Source: an uncultured virus (IMG/VR IMGVR_UViG_3300050821_016519)
Taxonomy: Duplodnaviria > Heunggongvirae > Uroviricota > Caudoviricetes
Strand: one strand, 5' to 3'
DNA: 59,573 nucleotides
IMG/VR virus record: IMGVR_UViG_3300050821_016519
Position 1 is the first letter of the stretch; each line of letters opens with the position of its first letter. The position numbers and the translations under genes were made by a program. Below, piece by piece: positions 1-11,266 of the stretch. The notes beneath the pieces were generated by a model. The model had not been told where the DNA came from. It searched no databases and worked only from the letters and a program-made list of their open reading frames with translations.

Positions 1-195
1 CACCATGAACACCAACCCCACGTCGCGCGGGTCGGCGATATGGCTGCTGGTGAAGACTCTGCCCTGATAGATGTCGCGGGCCAGCGCTTTGAGTTCGTCG
101 TCGGTCTTCATGGCGCGCGGCGGCGGCGGAGCTTCTAGCGCCGGGGTCTCCTGCGCCGGCGTCGGTTGATCTGAAGTCGATCGATCTTCGCTCAT
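1..195 (-). CDS. hypothetical phage protein, 3' end beyond window
   Basis: ATG at 195 overlaps the stop of the DUF5131 gene; open to position 1 (MSEDRST...KTDDELKALARDIYQGRVFTS). Confidence 0.55.
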   Translation of the reverse strand, partial: MSEDRSTSDQPTPAQETPALEAPPPPRAMKTDDELKALARDIYQGRVFTSSHIADPRDVGLVFMV

Positions 196-1220
196 GGCGC
201 TCCTTCGTGCATGGCTCGGGCCTGGGGAAATTCTCGCACGCGAAGTTCGGCCGGCCATTCTGCGGGATCGGCCCCTTTGCGGTCTTTGATCTTCGGGCAG
301 CGCTGGCCCTCGCGATTGACGGGATGGGCGCCGAGTTGCTTCACGAACACGGGGACGCCGGCAGACTGGCACTGGCGGACGATGTCTTTGGCCCAGCCCA
401 GGACCATGGGGCGGGCGTTGGGTCCGCTTTCACCGCCGACGATCACCCAATGAATTCCGCTCTCGTCCCAAGTCTGCCTGTCGTCGTAAATCGCTTCTCT
501 TGGAGGCGCTGGTTTGGAAGTGAAGAACCATCGCGATAAATCAATCGTCCCCAGCAGCGGCTCGCATGAGAGGAAGCGCACAGCCGCCGGGCATTTGAGC
601 AGGTGCGGGATTCGCTCGTCGGCGCGGGTTTGGTCCTCGGTCGAGCAACCCAGCCAGATGTTGGGGAGGGGCCAACCGTGGCCGTAATGCACTCGGGCGC
701 TGCACTCTCGCCATTCTTGAGGGGCTGGCGGAGCGTTGTATCTGTGCATCTCCAAGACGATTCGCCGCCGTGTCGCGCCATCACGCGCCGCCCCCACATT
801 GTCGTTTGAGAGGTATTGCGCCATCCGCTCCGGCCGTTTCGTCAGAACCTGGAAGGCGTGCTGTGGGCAAAGCGCCATCACCGCGAACACTTTGTCGATG
901 AACTCGAACGACACGTCCGGGTGAAACAAATCGCTCATCGAGTTGACGAACACGCGGCGGGGTTTCTTCCAGCCCAGCGGGGCCGAGAGCGATTCTTCAT
1001 CGAGGTGGATCTTCCCCGTCCAGACGTAACGCCCGTTGACCTTCTTCGTCAGCCCGGCATATTTCTCCTGCCCCATCGCTTCCAGCCGCGCCGCCATCCG
1101 CATGGCGTAGCAGTTCTTGCAGCCGGGGCTTTTCAGAGTGCAGCCCGCCACCGGGTTCCAGGTGCAGCCGGGCGTCCCGTCGTCGCCCCGCGTCCATTCG
1201 ATGGATGAATTCGTGCTCAT
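192..1220 (-). CDS. phage Gp37/Gp68 (DUF5131) family radical-SAM-like protein
   Basis: SSIEWT, TWNPVAGC...SPGCKNCYA, VFVNSMSDLFH, LTKRP, RFLSCEPLLG, WVIVGGESG, PVFVKQLG; start moved to MSTNSS (1220). Confidence 0.9.
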   Translation of the reverse strand: MSTNSSIEWTRGDDGTPGCTWNPVAGCTLKSPGCKNCYAMRMAARLEAMGQEKYAGLTKKVNGRYVWTGKIHLDEESLSAPLGWKKPRRVFVNSMSDLFHPDVSFEFIDKVFAVMALCPQHAFQVLTKRPERMAQYLSNDNVGAARDGATRRRIVLEMHRYNAPPAPQEWRECSARVHYGHGWPLPNIWLGCSTEDQTRADERIPHLLKCPAAVRFLSCEPLLGTIDLSRWFFTSKPAPPREAIYDDRQTWDESGIHWVIVGGESGPNARPMVLGWAKDIVRQCQSAGVPVFVKQLGAHPVNREGQRCPKIKDRKGADPAEWPAELRVREFPQARAMHEGAP

Positions 1221-1851
1221 GCGCTCCTGCTTTCGTCCTTCACAAAACGAACGAGCCCCAGCCGCTGGGCGAGCTGTCCCAAAGTGAAATCGTTTTTGTG
1301 CCGCGCCCAGAATCCCGCGCAGCAGGTCAGTCGTCGGGCGTGATGACAGACGCGATAGCTTTTGAAGAAACCCGCCATCTTCGGGTCGGCGATCTGCCCT
1401 TCCAAGCGTTTGATGTCCCAGGGCAAATCCTTGCGGTAGATGCAGGTGGCGCACTGACGCGACTGGATGGCGAATCCGGCGGAGGTTGTCGGGGCGGTTT
1501 TGATGCTCATTGGAACTTCTCCATCTTCACAACAACGTAAGCAAAATTGCTTTTCTCTCCCGCCCGGAACGAACCCATGGCTTACAACGCCCCAACCTGT
1601 TTCCGAATCTGGTCCAGCGCCTCGGCGTCGGTTTCGCCCTCGCCTTTGAAGAATGCGCCATCACTATCGTCCGTCATCAACCAGAAGGTGTGCGGCCTGT
1701 TATCGACGCGGTAATCGTTGTGCACGGCCACGGCTAAGCCCTTGGCGCGGAGATCATCCGGGCTGCTGCGGATGGCGCGGATCGCCCGATCGATGAATTC
1801 TCGCGTGATTGCCTTCTTCTCAGTGTCGCTCATGTCATCTGGCTCGTTCAT
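1217..1851 (-). other. two small hypothetical phage genes (1217-1510, Cys/His-rich; 1582-1851)
   Basis: start/stop overlaps with neighbours in the leftward operon. Confidence 0.5.
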
Positions 1852-2953
1852 CCAAACTCCAGTGCCAAGCGCATCGCCGCCTCCAGATCGCGCTCGGCGT
1901 AGATTTCCGTGGTCTTGACCGCGGCGTGGCCAAGCTGCACCCGGGCCGCCTCGATCCCTTTGAGCTTGCGCAATAGTGTTGCCCTGGCATGGCGGAGCTG
2001 GTTGGGATTCCAGCGCGGCACGCCGGCCTTGTCGGCTGCCCGGTGAATCGCCTGGCGCAGGCTGGCGGTCGTGAAACGCTGCGGCCAATCCGCCACCGCG
2101 TCGTCGATCGCCCGCTGGTAAAACTCCTCCGACAACCAACTCTGCGCCGCTGCCGCTCCATTCCCTCCGTCCTCGCCCCGGCCCCAGCGTTCGGCCAGGC
2201 GTTGCGTTTGCGCCTGGCGCGGGGAAAAAAAGGGGCGGCCAGCGAACTTGCCCGCAGATCGGGTTTGAGATAGCGCCGCAGGATCGCCTGCGCCTTGGGT
2301 CCCAGACAGCGCACCGCCCGCCCCCCCGCCGACCCTCCCGACTTCTGATGGTGCTCGGTCTTGTAGCGCGTGGGCCGATACAGCCAGACCTCCCCCGCTC
2401 CCCCTGCTCCCGCTTCGGCGCCGGGGATTTCCAGCTCGGCCGGGCAGAGGTTGCAGATTTCCTGCGGCCGGCAGCCCTGAATCCACAGCAGCTCGATCAG
2501 GTCGACCAGCACCGGCGGAAGATGACGTTGCGTCGCCTCAACCACCTGGCGATCGACCGGGAGGACCGGCACCGGGTCTTTGGCTGGCGAGCGGCCCGGG
2601 CGCAGGGGCGTCACCACCGCCAGATCCGCCACCGTCGCCGCAGCGCACAGGCCATACTGCCGGCCCCAGGCGAACGCGGTTTGGATGATCGACAGGCGCT
2701 TGTTGATGGTGGCCACGGCCAGACGCTCAAGCGCCAATCGATCGCGCAGGGACGCCAGGTCCGGCGCCGCGTAATCATCGGCCGCCCGCCCGCCGGCCTG
2801 CTCGTCCAGATCGCGCAGGGCATAGCGGATGTTGCCGACGTGGCTGGTGGGCTTGCCCCCCTTGCGGTAGGTCTTCCCCGCCCAGCGGAGATACCGCGCC
2901 GCCAGTTGAACCACACTTCGACGTTGCTCAGTGCAGGCGGTGGGCATTTGCAT
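1848..2953 (-). CDS. tyrosine recombinase no. 2, split by a -1 frameshift at about 2225-2234
   Basis: frame 1: core-binding region, GCRPQE, YRPTRYKTEH; frame 2: PFFSPRQ...WNPNQLRH...QLGH...TTEIY (catalytic R, H, Y). Confidence 0.85.
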
Positions 2954-3017
2954 CGCTCCGAAACAAAAGTCCCCATCCGCCTTTAAGGGCTCCATCGGCG
3001 GATGGGGACCCGCCTTT

Positions 3018-3389
3018 TTAGGCCGGCACCGGACCGCCCGGCGCCGGGCCGCACACAGGTCGGCGTCCAACCGCCCGCGGTTGGGCCGCCTGTCGTTCCG
3101 CTTCCAAACGCAATTCCCGATCGAGGATTTCCACCTGTTGCCGCAGGGTCGGATCGGTCTGCATCAATTGCTCCATCCGCCGCGCCCCGTGCAGACAGGT
3201 TGCATGATCGCGATTCATATACAGCCCGATCTGCCCCCAGGTCCGCCGGCCGAAGCGGTGCATCAGGAGGTAGGCCACTTCGCGCGGCTCGGTGAAGTGC
3301 TGCAATTTACGCCGCCCGCGCAGGTCGGCCGCCTCGACGTTGAAGAACGCCGCGGTCTTGGCGCAGATGTTGTCGAGGGTGGGGATCAT
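3018..3389 (-). CDS. DnaA C-terminal (domain IV-like) HTH protein
   Basis: FFNVEAADLRGRRK...PREVAYLL...QIGLYMNRDHATCLHG. Confidence 0.8.
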   Translation of the reverse strand: MIPTLDNICAKTAAFFNVEAADLRGRRKLQHFTEPREVAYLLMHRFGRRTWGQIGLYMNRDHATCLHGARRMEQLMQTDPTLRQQVEILDRELRLEAERQAAQPRAVGRRPVCGPAPGGPVPA

Positions 3390-3396
3390 TTGAACA

Positions 3397-5184
3397 TCAC
3401 CGTCCGGCGCCCATGATCTTCTCGCCGAAGGTTTTGCGGCGGTGTCCTTCGTAGAAGGCGACCAGGCGGCCGATCACCACGCACTTGTTCGGTGATGGAT
3501 ATTCCGTGGGGCTGAGCAGGCGGAAGGCTTCATCCAGCCTCAGGCCGAAATGCCCGGCCGCGGCGGTGTAGCCGATCGCCTTGGTGAGAGGATCGAACAA
3601 CATCAAGGCCATTCGCTTCTCGCCGTCTCCGAAATCGACCCGCATCCATTGCACGGTCAGTCCGCAGTGGGCGTTGTGCCGGATGTAGTGGCTCACGGCG
3701 CAGCCATCCCAGCGCTCCATATCGAAATCCGCTTCCGGCATCGCCTCCAGGGCTTCGATCAACGCCTGGAATCTCGCATCGTTCATGACACGCTCCTGTT
3801 AAATCATCACACTCACCGGTTCCTTGCCCGGTACGGGACATTCCAGATAGAGACAGGACTGACGGCCGACCAGCTTGGGTTTGGCCCCGGCCTCGACCGC
3901 GGCTTTGACTTCCTTGAGCTGCTCGGGATCGCGCCACTTGAGGGCGCGGGCGATCGCCTTGGGCAGCTGCTCGGCCACCGGCTCCTTCACCAGCTCGGCA
4001 AGGTCCGCCGCCAGCTTGGCTTTCAAGCGCTTCACGCCCTGATCGGGGGCGTCTTTCACGGCGAACTCGCCCCATGCCTCGAAGCTGACCCAGACCAGAA
4101 ACGGCACGCGCTTTTCATCGCGCATCTTTTGCAGCAGCAGGTGATAGAACTCGCGCACCTGTTTGATCGGCGCTGCCAGGATGGGCCTGAGCAAGGTGTC
4201 GGCCTGCGCGTCGGCGGCGTCGTAGTCGGCCTTGTCGTGGGACAGACACATTTTCACCACGGCGTCGATCCATTGGTCGGCCAGCTTGTTCACGTCCATG
4301 GGTGTCCTCGCTTTGGTGCTAAAACCGCCATCCAGCGTGTAGCGCAAAATCCATCCCAGTTCGCTGATCCGCTCGACCGGGTTCTTGGGCAGCCAGAAGT
4401 TGCCGATGTTCAGGGCCATCATGACCGCGCTGCGCACGCCGCGTTTTCGGATACGCTCGCGTTCCTCGATCGCCGCGGCACCGCAGGTTTCGTCGATCAT
4501 GCTGCCTCTATAGCTCGCACGGGCCGTGGCGGGGCTTGCGGCCGGCGTCGATGCTTCACTTTTCCCCGCTGCGGCAGGACCGGGGGCATCTGTTTGGCCA
4601 CCGCCCGCCAGTCGGGCATCCATTCGGTCAGGGCCGGCTTGAGACGCTCGGGAACGGCATCGCGTCCGAATAGTTCGCGATACAGTTGCATCTCCAGGGC
4701 GCAGAAGCGCGGCAGATAATGGCGTTCGGCCTCATTCACGGCGGCATCATCAAACTCCGTTAAAGGATCAATCGCGGATCGAACGCGCCGGCCAGCTCCG
4801 GCTTTGGCGCTCTGTGCTCCTGCAATTCCCGTTCAAACTGTTCGTAGGCTTCGGCGGGCTGGCCCTCGGGGACGGCCAGTCGGGTGATGAAGGCGACGAC
4901 CGGGATTCCCCTCTCGCTGATGCCTTCCCAGAGCCGGGCCGGTACGCCGTTGAGGGTGACGATCTTGTCGGTGCTTTCGAGGGTGATTTTCATGAGTCGA
5001 TCCCGTCCACCCACCACACGTACCCGCAGGCCGGGCATGTGTATTGGTAATCCTCATAGCCTCCACATTGGCTCTCCCAAGTCTGACACTTCACCGGGCC
5101 CCTTCCGCAACGGCGACATTCGTGGGGGGACGTCTCTGTCGTGGTGAAGGTGCCTTGTGATTCTTCCATGGGTTTACTGTGCAT
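3397..5184 (-). other. cluster of hypothetical phage genes (3397-3786, 3799-4500, 4497-4739, 4760-4993, 4990-5184)
   Basis: tightly packed co-oriented ORFs with ATGA overlaps; last has CxxC...CxxC. Confidence 0.55.
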
Positions 5185-5211
5185 GGGGTTCCTCCGTGTG
5201 GGGTCTAGCGT

Positions 5212-6855
5212 TCATGCTGCGACCTCGATTTCGGCGCAGTAGTTGGCGCGAACGACGGCCTCGGCCAGTTCAGGTGGCACGCTGTTGCCGATTCGCGCGA
5301 CCTGTTGCGCTTTGGTGCCGAGAAGGATGTAGCCTTCGGCATATTTTCCAAACTGGGCGCGGAGCAACTCGTGGGGATTGAGCATGCGCAAGCCGATGTC
5401 GATGATCTGGAAATCCTGGCCGTCGATCGTCACCAGCCCGAAGCGGTCGCGCCCCGTGACCGTGTGAAGTGGTTCAACGCATTGTTGCCCACAACCGCAG
5501 CCGAAGTATTTGATAAGGAACGCACGGACCTCGCCAACGTGGTTTCCGTCCGCCGTCACCGTAGGCATTGGCTCGCGCACATCCGCGCCGACGTTGGTCC
5601 CGTAGAACTTTGTCAAATGCGAAGCGACGACGCTGTGATGATCGACGGCCGTGATAGTGCCGATGGGGCGATCCGGGGCATGGCCGACGACTCCGCCGTA
5701 ATGCTTGGCGATAAACGCCGTAGCGAGCGCCTGGTGATTCTCCGTCATCACGACGCCGGCCGGCTCGTCAATCGGTCGGGGTTTCGCAGCGTATTGGATG
5801 ACGGTGGGCGCGATCAGGACACCCGCGTTGTTCGATGGCGTGACGGTTCGCAGCGGCTCGTCAACCTTCTGGCCACGGGTCTCCTGGTGAGGCGCTTCGC
5901 CGTAATTGGCGGCGAGGAAGGGCAGCACAAGTCCATGCGCATCCCGCGATCCCGTCACCGTCTTGAACGGATCATCGACTGACTGGCCGCGAAATTCCGG
6001 GCCGCCGTGATTGCAAGTGACGATGAACGGCTTGGGATTATCCAGAACGTAGCGCTTGATGCCCATCGCGATGCGCCGCATGGTCTTGTCGGCCAGGGGC
6101 CGGATGATGCGCAGGATTCTGGCTTCGGCGCGAGTCAGGAAAATACTCGGGCAGGGAAGCGACCAGTCGATGCAGCTCGCTGCGGTTCGGTAGCGATGTT
6201 TACGACCGGGGCCGTACGTCGGCTCGGGCCATTGGATTTGAACCCCGTCGCGTCGCGCGATCAGGAACAGCCGGCGGCGGTGCGTCGGCGCGCCGAAGTC
6301 CGCGGCGTTCAGAATGCGGTGCTCGACGACGTATCCGAGATTGCGCAGGCGGGTGACGAAACTCTTGAACGTGCTGCCCTTGCGTTTCGGGCACGGAGTA
6401 TTGTCCGACCGCAAGGGACCCCATTCCTGAAACTCGCGGACGTTCTCCAGAACGATCAACCGGGGCGACACCAATCTTGCCCAGCGGATGACGACCCACG
6501 CCAATCCGCGAATCTTTTTCTCGACCGGCTTGCCTCCCTTGGCCCGGGAAAAATGCCGGCAATCGGGGCTGAACCAGGCGAGTCCGACTTGCCGGCCGGC
6601 CGTCGCCTGAACCGGATCGACGTTCCAAACATCCTCGCACAGGTGCAGCGTGTTCGGATGGTTGATCTGGTGCATCGCGATCGAGTGCTGGTCGTGATTG
6701 ATGGCGACGTCGACGGCGCGCCCGACCGCAGCCTCGATGCCCATGGAAGCCCCGCCCGCGCCCGCGAAATTATCGACGATCATCTCATCGAACATGCCGG
6801 CGTTGAGCTGCGCTCCGTGGCGCGTCGTCAGAATCGCGGATTCAAGGTTTTTCAA
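5212..6855 (-). CDS. DNA cytosine-5 methyltransferase (orphan, phage type)
   Basis: DNFAGAGG, SPDCRHFS (catalytic), LENVREF, RRRLF, C-terminal IGNSVPP; repeated P-x-x-T-[VI]-T units. Confidence 0.93.
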   Translation of the reverse strand: MKNLESAILTTRHGAQLNAGMFDEMIVDNFAGAGGASMGIEAAVGRAVDVAINHDQHSIAMHQINHPNTLHLCEDVWNVDPVQATAGRQVGLAWFSPDCRHFSRAKGGKPVEKKIRGLAWVVIRWARLVSPRLIVLENVREFQEWGPLRSDNTPCPKRKGSTFKSFVTRLRNLGYVVEHRILNAADFGAPTHRRRLFLIARRDGVQIQWPEPTYGPGRKHRYRTAASCIDWSLPCPSIFLTRAEARILRIIRPLADKTMRRIAMGIKRYVLDNPKPFIVTCNHGGPEFRGQSVDDPFKTVTGSRDAHGLVLPFLAANYGEAPHQETRGQKVDEPLRTVTPSNNAGVLIAPTVIQYAAKPRPIDEPAGVVMTENHQALATAFIAKHYGGVVGHAPDRPIGTITAVDHHSVVASHLTKFYGTNVGADVREPMPTVTADGNHVGEVRAFLIKYFGCGCGQQCVEPLHTVTGRDRFGLVTIDGQDFQIIDIGLRMLNPHELLRAQFGKYAEGYILLGTKAQQVARIGNSVPPELAEAVVRANYCAEIEVAA

Positions 6856-7401
6856 GCGATCGCCTCCCCTCGATAGAACTCCACCACTTCAAATTCCCCC
6901 GGCTTCACCCCAAGCTGCCCTCCATCGGGCAACACCGCCGCAACCGCCCCATGGCTGTTGACCCACACGTCGTACAATTCGCCGCAGTAGGCGATCGTGT
7001 CCTTCAACTCCGGCCGCGCCAGCAGCAATCCGGGATCGACCCTCACCGTCTGTCTCATCCTGATCTTCGAGGGGACCATGCCGTTGAAGACAGCCGGGTA
7101 GTGCGGGGAGCGGTAGTGCAGGGCTGGGGAGTCGGGGTGGATCATTTGCTCGCTCCCTCGAAAAGCGGCACTTGGACATCGGGCTTACGGCGTTCACACA
7201 GCGGGCAGTGTTTGAAGAAGTGCGGATCGGCCTTGGCCTGGGCGACCGTCATTCTCTCGATCGACAGCCCGGAGCGAATCCATTCGGCGATGTCCTTGGC
7301 AGTTTCCTTCCGGTGCTCGGTGTCGTCGATCGTGACGCAACAGATGCAGCCGCAGGACCGGCGCCCGATGTAGCAGAAGGTTTGATCGTCGGGCTTGTGG
7401 A

Positions 7402-8055
7402 TCATGAGGCATCTTCCTTCTGGACGCGCTGGAATGAGATGGCCCAGACCCAGGCGCCATCCTCGTGAACGGGATTAACGCCTTCCGCCCTTGCATCCTG
7501 CTCACTGATGTCCGTCACCCTCTGGACGCGAATTTTCGTGATGCGGAGGGTGATGCGGCTGGCCCAGCGGGGCATGTGGATCGGAGAGCGCCATTTCGGT
7601 TTGCCTACCTCCGCGCATGAACACTCCGGGATTTGGTCGCAGCACGTTCCATCCGCGCGGTAGTAGATCCAGTCGTCAGCGTCGTCGGGCTTTTGTTTTG
7701 GAATCGCGTCGATCGCGTCAAGGTGGTCGAGGTAGAACGTCTCGCGGACCCACAGGCGGTCGCCGATCTTGCCGTAGGGACAGCGCAGGCGCGGATCAGA
7801 ATCGCTACCCATCAGTTCTCGCACCTTCCAGACGGGGCCGACGGGACGAAAGAGGCCGCTGTCTCCCGAATCCTTGCATGACATCCATCCGTAGGTGCTT
7901 CCCGTCGCGGCAACGGTGGCGTCTTTTGGTGGGGGCTGCGGCTTCACCAGCCGCCGCGTCTGCGTTTTCTTCCCATCGAGGATCGCCCTCACCATTGGCG
8001 CGCTGAAGATGACCCCACGCGACTTCGGCGGCGCTTTCGTGTCGGTCGCGATCAT
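7402..8055 (-). CDS. conserved phage ASCH/PUA-like protein
   Basis: IFSAPMVRAILDGKKTQTRR...CPYGKIGDRLWVRETF...WRSPIHMPRWASRITL. Confidence 0.75.
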   Translation of the reverse strand: MIATDTKAPPKSRGVIFSAPMVRAILDGKKTQTRRLVKPQPPPKDATVAATGSTYGWMSCKDSGDSGLFRPVGPVWKVRELMGSDSDPRLRCPYGKIGDRLWVRETFYLDHLDAIDAIPKQKPDDADDWIYYRADGTCCDQIPECSCAEVGKPKWRSPIHMPRWASRITLRITKIRVQRVTDISEQDARAEGVNPVHEDGAWVWAISFQRVQKEDAS

Positions 8056-8321
8056 GTTCCCTCCGCAGTGACGACCGCTCCGTTGCCATTCCGGCCCGAG
8101 TGAGCGTTGGAGGCCCTGTGACCGTTGGAGGCCCTGTCGGACGCCTCGATCATGGCCTGGGCGCAGTCGTCGATGCCCACGATGACGCAATAGCGGCTGG
8201 GGCCTTTGCCTTCGGCGCTGAAGGTGCCGTCGCGGAAGACGTACAGACGCCCCTGCGCAGCGCGGGCCAGGGTGAGGACGGCGGCGTCGATTTCGGATTC
8301 AGTGGGCATGATGGATTTCCC

Positions 8322-8576
8322 TTATTCGTCATCGTCATCAGTTTCGTCGTCATCAGTTTCGCAGTCATCGACCCCGTGAATTTCGCGATGGCACTCGTCG
8401 CATACACATTCGAGGTCGCTGAGACGTTCCTGGCCCAAGCGCCGATAGGTCCGGTGGTGAACTTGAAGATTCTCCGTTGAGCCGCATCGCTCGCATTCAC
8501 CTCCAGCGCGTTCGATAGCTTCTGCCCGGAGTTCCGCCCAGTCTTCGCTGCTCAAATATTCCTTGTAATCAGGCAT
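8322..8576 (-). CDS. HNH endonuclease
   Basis: CERCG...LQVHHRTY...CDECHREIH; acidic tail. Confidence 0.85.
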   Translation of the reverse strand: MPDYKEYLSSEDWAELRAEAIERAGGECERCGSTENLQVHHRTYRRLGQERLSDLECVCDECHREIHGVDDCETDDDETDDDDE

Positions 8577-9091
8577 GATGGACTTCCTTGTCCTGCGGTT
8601 GCATCGGCCGCCGCGGATCGGGCAGGACGAACTCCTCCCGGCCCAGATACTGCATCGCTTCCATCACCGCCTCGAAATACCCGTGGCCCAGCTTCTGATA
8701 GACCGCATTCCGCATCGCCTTGGGCAGGCGGCGGTAATCCGATAGGCAGAAGGTCTTGCGGCTGAACTTCGGAGAGCCGCAGGCGGGACAGACCTCGCTG
8801 GCGAGGCTGGTGACCAGATCGGCGTCGGTAAGCTGCTTCAAAGAGGTCGTGACCATATTCGCTCCATTCAAATCCACGACTCCAAAATCTGCGGCTCGTC
8901 GGTCGGGTGCCGGGGCAGCCAGGTCAGGCCGCGCTGCATCAGCCCATGACGCGCCTCCTCCAGCGAATCGTGTGCGGTGAACTCCGCGGTGGCGCGGGCG
9001 ATTCCCGGCAGGATTTCCCAGCGGCGCACGATGATCTGATCCGGGTGATCGGTCGGATGGTCGTAGACGACGAACATATCCAGGGCAGCGC

Positions 9092-9436
9092 TCAAGTCGT
9101 TTCCTCTTTCACCTCGGCCAGCGCCGCGTTTTGTTCCAGCCAGCCGCGGATCATCGCTCCGTCGATTTCCCAGCCGGCCTGCGGCCAGCCGCCGACGAAC
9201 GCGGCCTTGAATAGCTGGTAGCAGTCCAAAGCCAGATCGGGATCGCCGGTGAAGTCCAGGAGGATTGCCAGCGCCAGTTGCGCCGGTCCCGATCCGTAAT
9301 AGGACCACTCGAATCCGGTGGGCGAATGGTTGGCCAGTTTCAGGCTGGGATCATCGGACAGGGGGAGATCATCGACAGTCACGGCGGCATAGCCTTTGGA
9401 GCGCCGGCCGCGGTAGACGGTGGTATCGGGTTTCAT
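9092..9436 (-). CDS. DUF6166-like protein
   Basis: NHSPTGFEWSYYGSGPAQLALAIL. Confidence 0.7.
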   Translation of the reverse strand: MKPDTTVYRGRRSKGYAAVTVDDLPLSDDPSLKLANHSPTGFEWSYYGSGPAQLALAILLDFTGDPDLALDCYQLFKAAFVGGWPQAGWEIDGAMIRGWLEQNAALAEVKEETT

Positions 9437-11266
9437 TTGGTTGTTACCTCCAGAAGCTCGCCCTCGAATGTCGCCTTTGCCCGTTGAATGAAATCGATCA
9501 GCGGCTCGTCCGGGTCCGATGGAAGCGATCGATACCAGCGCGAGCAATCGCGTTTGTAGGCGTAACTCAGCTTGATCTGGTAATTCTCGGGCCGGACGTG
9601 CAGCCAGACTTCGTGTATCCACGTCGCTTTGGGATGACATTCGTTCGGCGAGAAATTGAACTGCCGCCCCGCCAGCGCGAATATCGAATCGATCAACTCC
9701 CCCGCCTCCGCGTTGCTCATGAAGTTTCCGTACCCGCCGTAGAGGTCATAATGCGGGAACGTGATGATCCGCTCTCCCGCCAGCGTCACGCTCTGTTCCC
9801 TGCGCCACTGTAGCGCAGCCGGCGGGGCAAACGCGGAGAGCAGCGCGTAGTGAAACACGTCGAACAACTCCAGCCGCCATCGATCGGTGAAAGGATGAAG
9901 CTCGGAGAACCCGCAACAGGTCGGCTGGCGGCAGAGCAATTCGGTCACGCCCATTCGGCCCCATTCGCCGTCGCGGCGATAGGATTCACCGGTTCGCAGC
10001 ATCCATTGCACCACCGCGAACGCCAGTTGAACATCGACGTAGCAGAAGCTCTCGCCGATCGCCTCGGGACGGATCAAGTCGATGAAGCGGATTTTTCGAC
10101 GGGACAGCTTGCGCTTCTGGCCCGCGGACACGCCGCCAAAGACGCCCTCGTTGGTTGACCATGCCAATGCCGCACAGGTCATTGCAGACTCCACAGTCGT
10201 TCGTTGCTCACGTGCTCGTGCACCTCGTCGAGCAAACCCCCCGCGTTGTGCCGCATCTGCCGCCGCCGATAGTCGCTGCCGTGACCGGGCTCGATGGCCA
10301 AGTCCTCCAATCGGTTGAGGTACTGGAGCAGGGCGCGGGCGGTGTCGGTATGGACTTCCACCATCGGCTTGCGATCGCGCTCGGCCAGGGTGACGGCCAT
10401 CTCCAGGCGGCTCAATTCCAGGGGGCTGAGCGAGACCATCCGACTTCCCTTCGGAATCGTTTACCGCCCCGACGCCAGCTCGGCATGGACCCGTTCGATG
10501 CGATGTTCGACATGGCGTTCGGTCTGTGGCGCAGGCTCCGCCAGATCGGCATAAGCGCCTTTGGGAGTCAGCAGCAAGCGCCGGCAGCGGGTGAGGACGT
10601 GACCGTCGTCCCTTCGGACGAAATGTTCTCCGTCGAACTTGATGGCGATGGCCGGCTGTCCGCCGAAATCAGGCGGGTCGATCATGGCGCCGGTGGCGAA
10701 GCCGAGAACGCCGGTTTCCAGACAGCCGTAACGAAAGCCGGGGAAGGTCTCAAAGACGACGTCGACGAGCATGATCGGCGCGGTGAAGTGATGGCAGAAC
10801 CAATTGAAGCGATCGGCGCGCTCGGGATGATCGACCTGTCCGAAATAACCGATGCCCGGCCGCGAGTTGACTTCCGAAACATCGAAGGGACCAGGGCCAT
10901 TGGCCGATCGGTTGTAGGCCACGGTGATACGCTGGAGAGTGATGCGCTGGAGATTCTGTGGGTCTTTCATGACTTGACTTCCTTTGCGGGTAAAAATACG
11001 CGCTTCCGCCAGCCCGGCGTTGAATTCCGACCAGGGTAGGATGACGGGTCTCGGGGGACACGAGTTGCCCGTCGATTCAGGTAGGGGAAGGTCGGAGGGA
11101 TCAGGGCGCGGACCAGCGGAAGCGTTGCGGGCGGAGGTGGGAATCTCCGCCATGGTGAGGCTCCCATCGGCAGACACACCGACAGGAGAACGTCGCCGGG
11201 AGGGCATTTCCCGGCGCTGACGAGCACCTACTTTCCGGAATGCATGAGCAGCTTGGGGACGGTTTC

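Larger units (their letters stand above)
6852..10970 (-). other. further small leftward hypothetical genes (6852-7145, 7142-7405, 8052-8309, 8569-8877, ~8868-9095, 9433-10182, 10179-10439, 10461-10970)
   Basis: co-oriented, overlapping ORFs; purine-rich RBS AAAGGAAG before 10970. Confidence 0.55.

Noticed and set aside
8100..8375. Short tandem repeats at ~8105-8140 and ~8330-8370
   Set aside because: They encode low-complexity protein tails (ASNGHR-like and DDDET-like)
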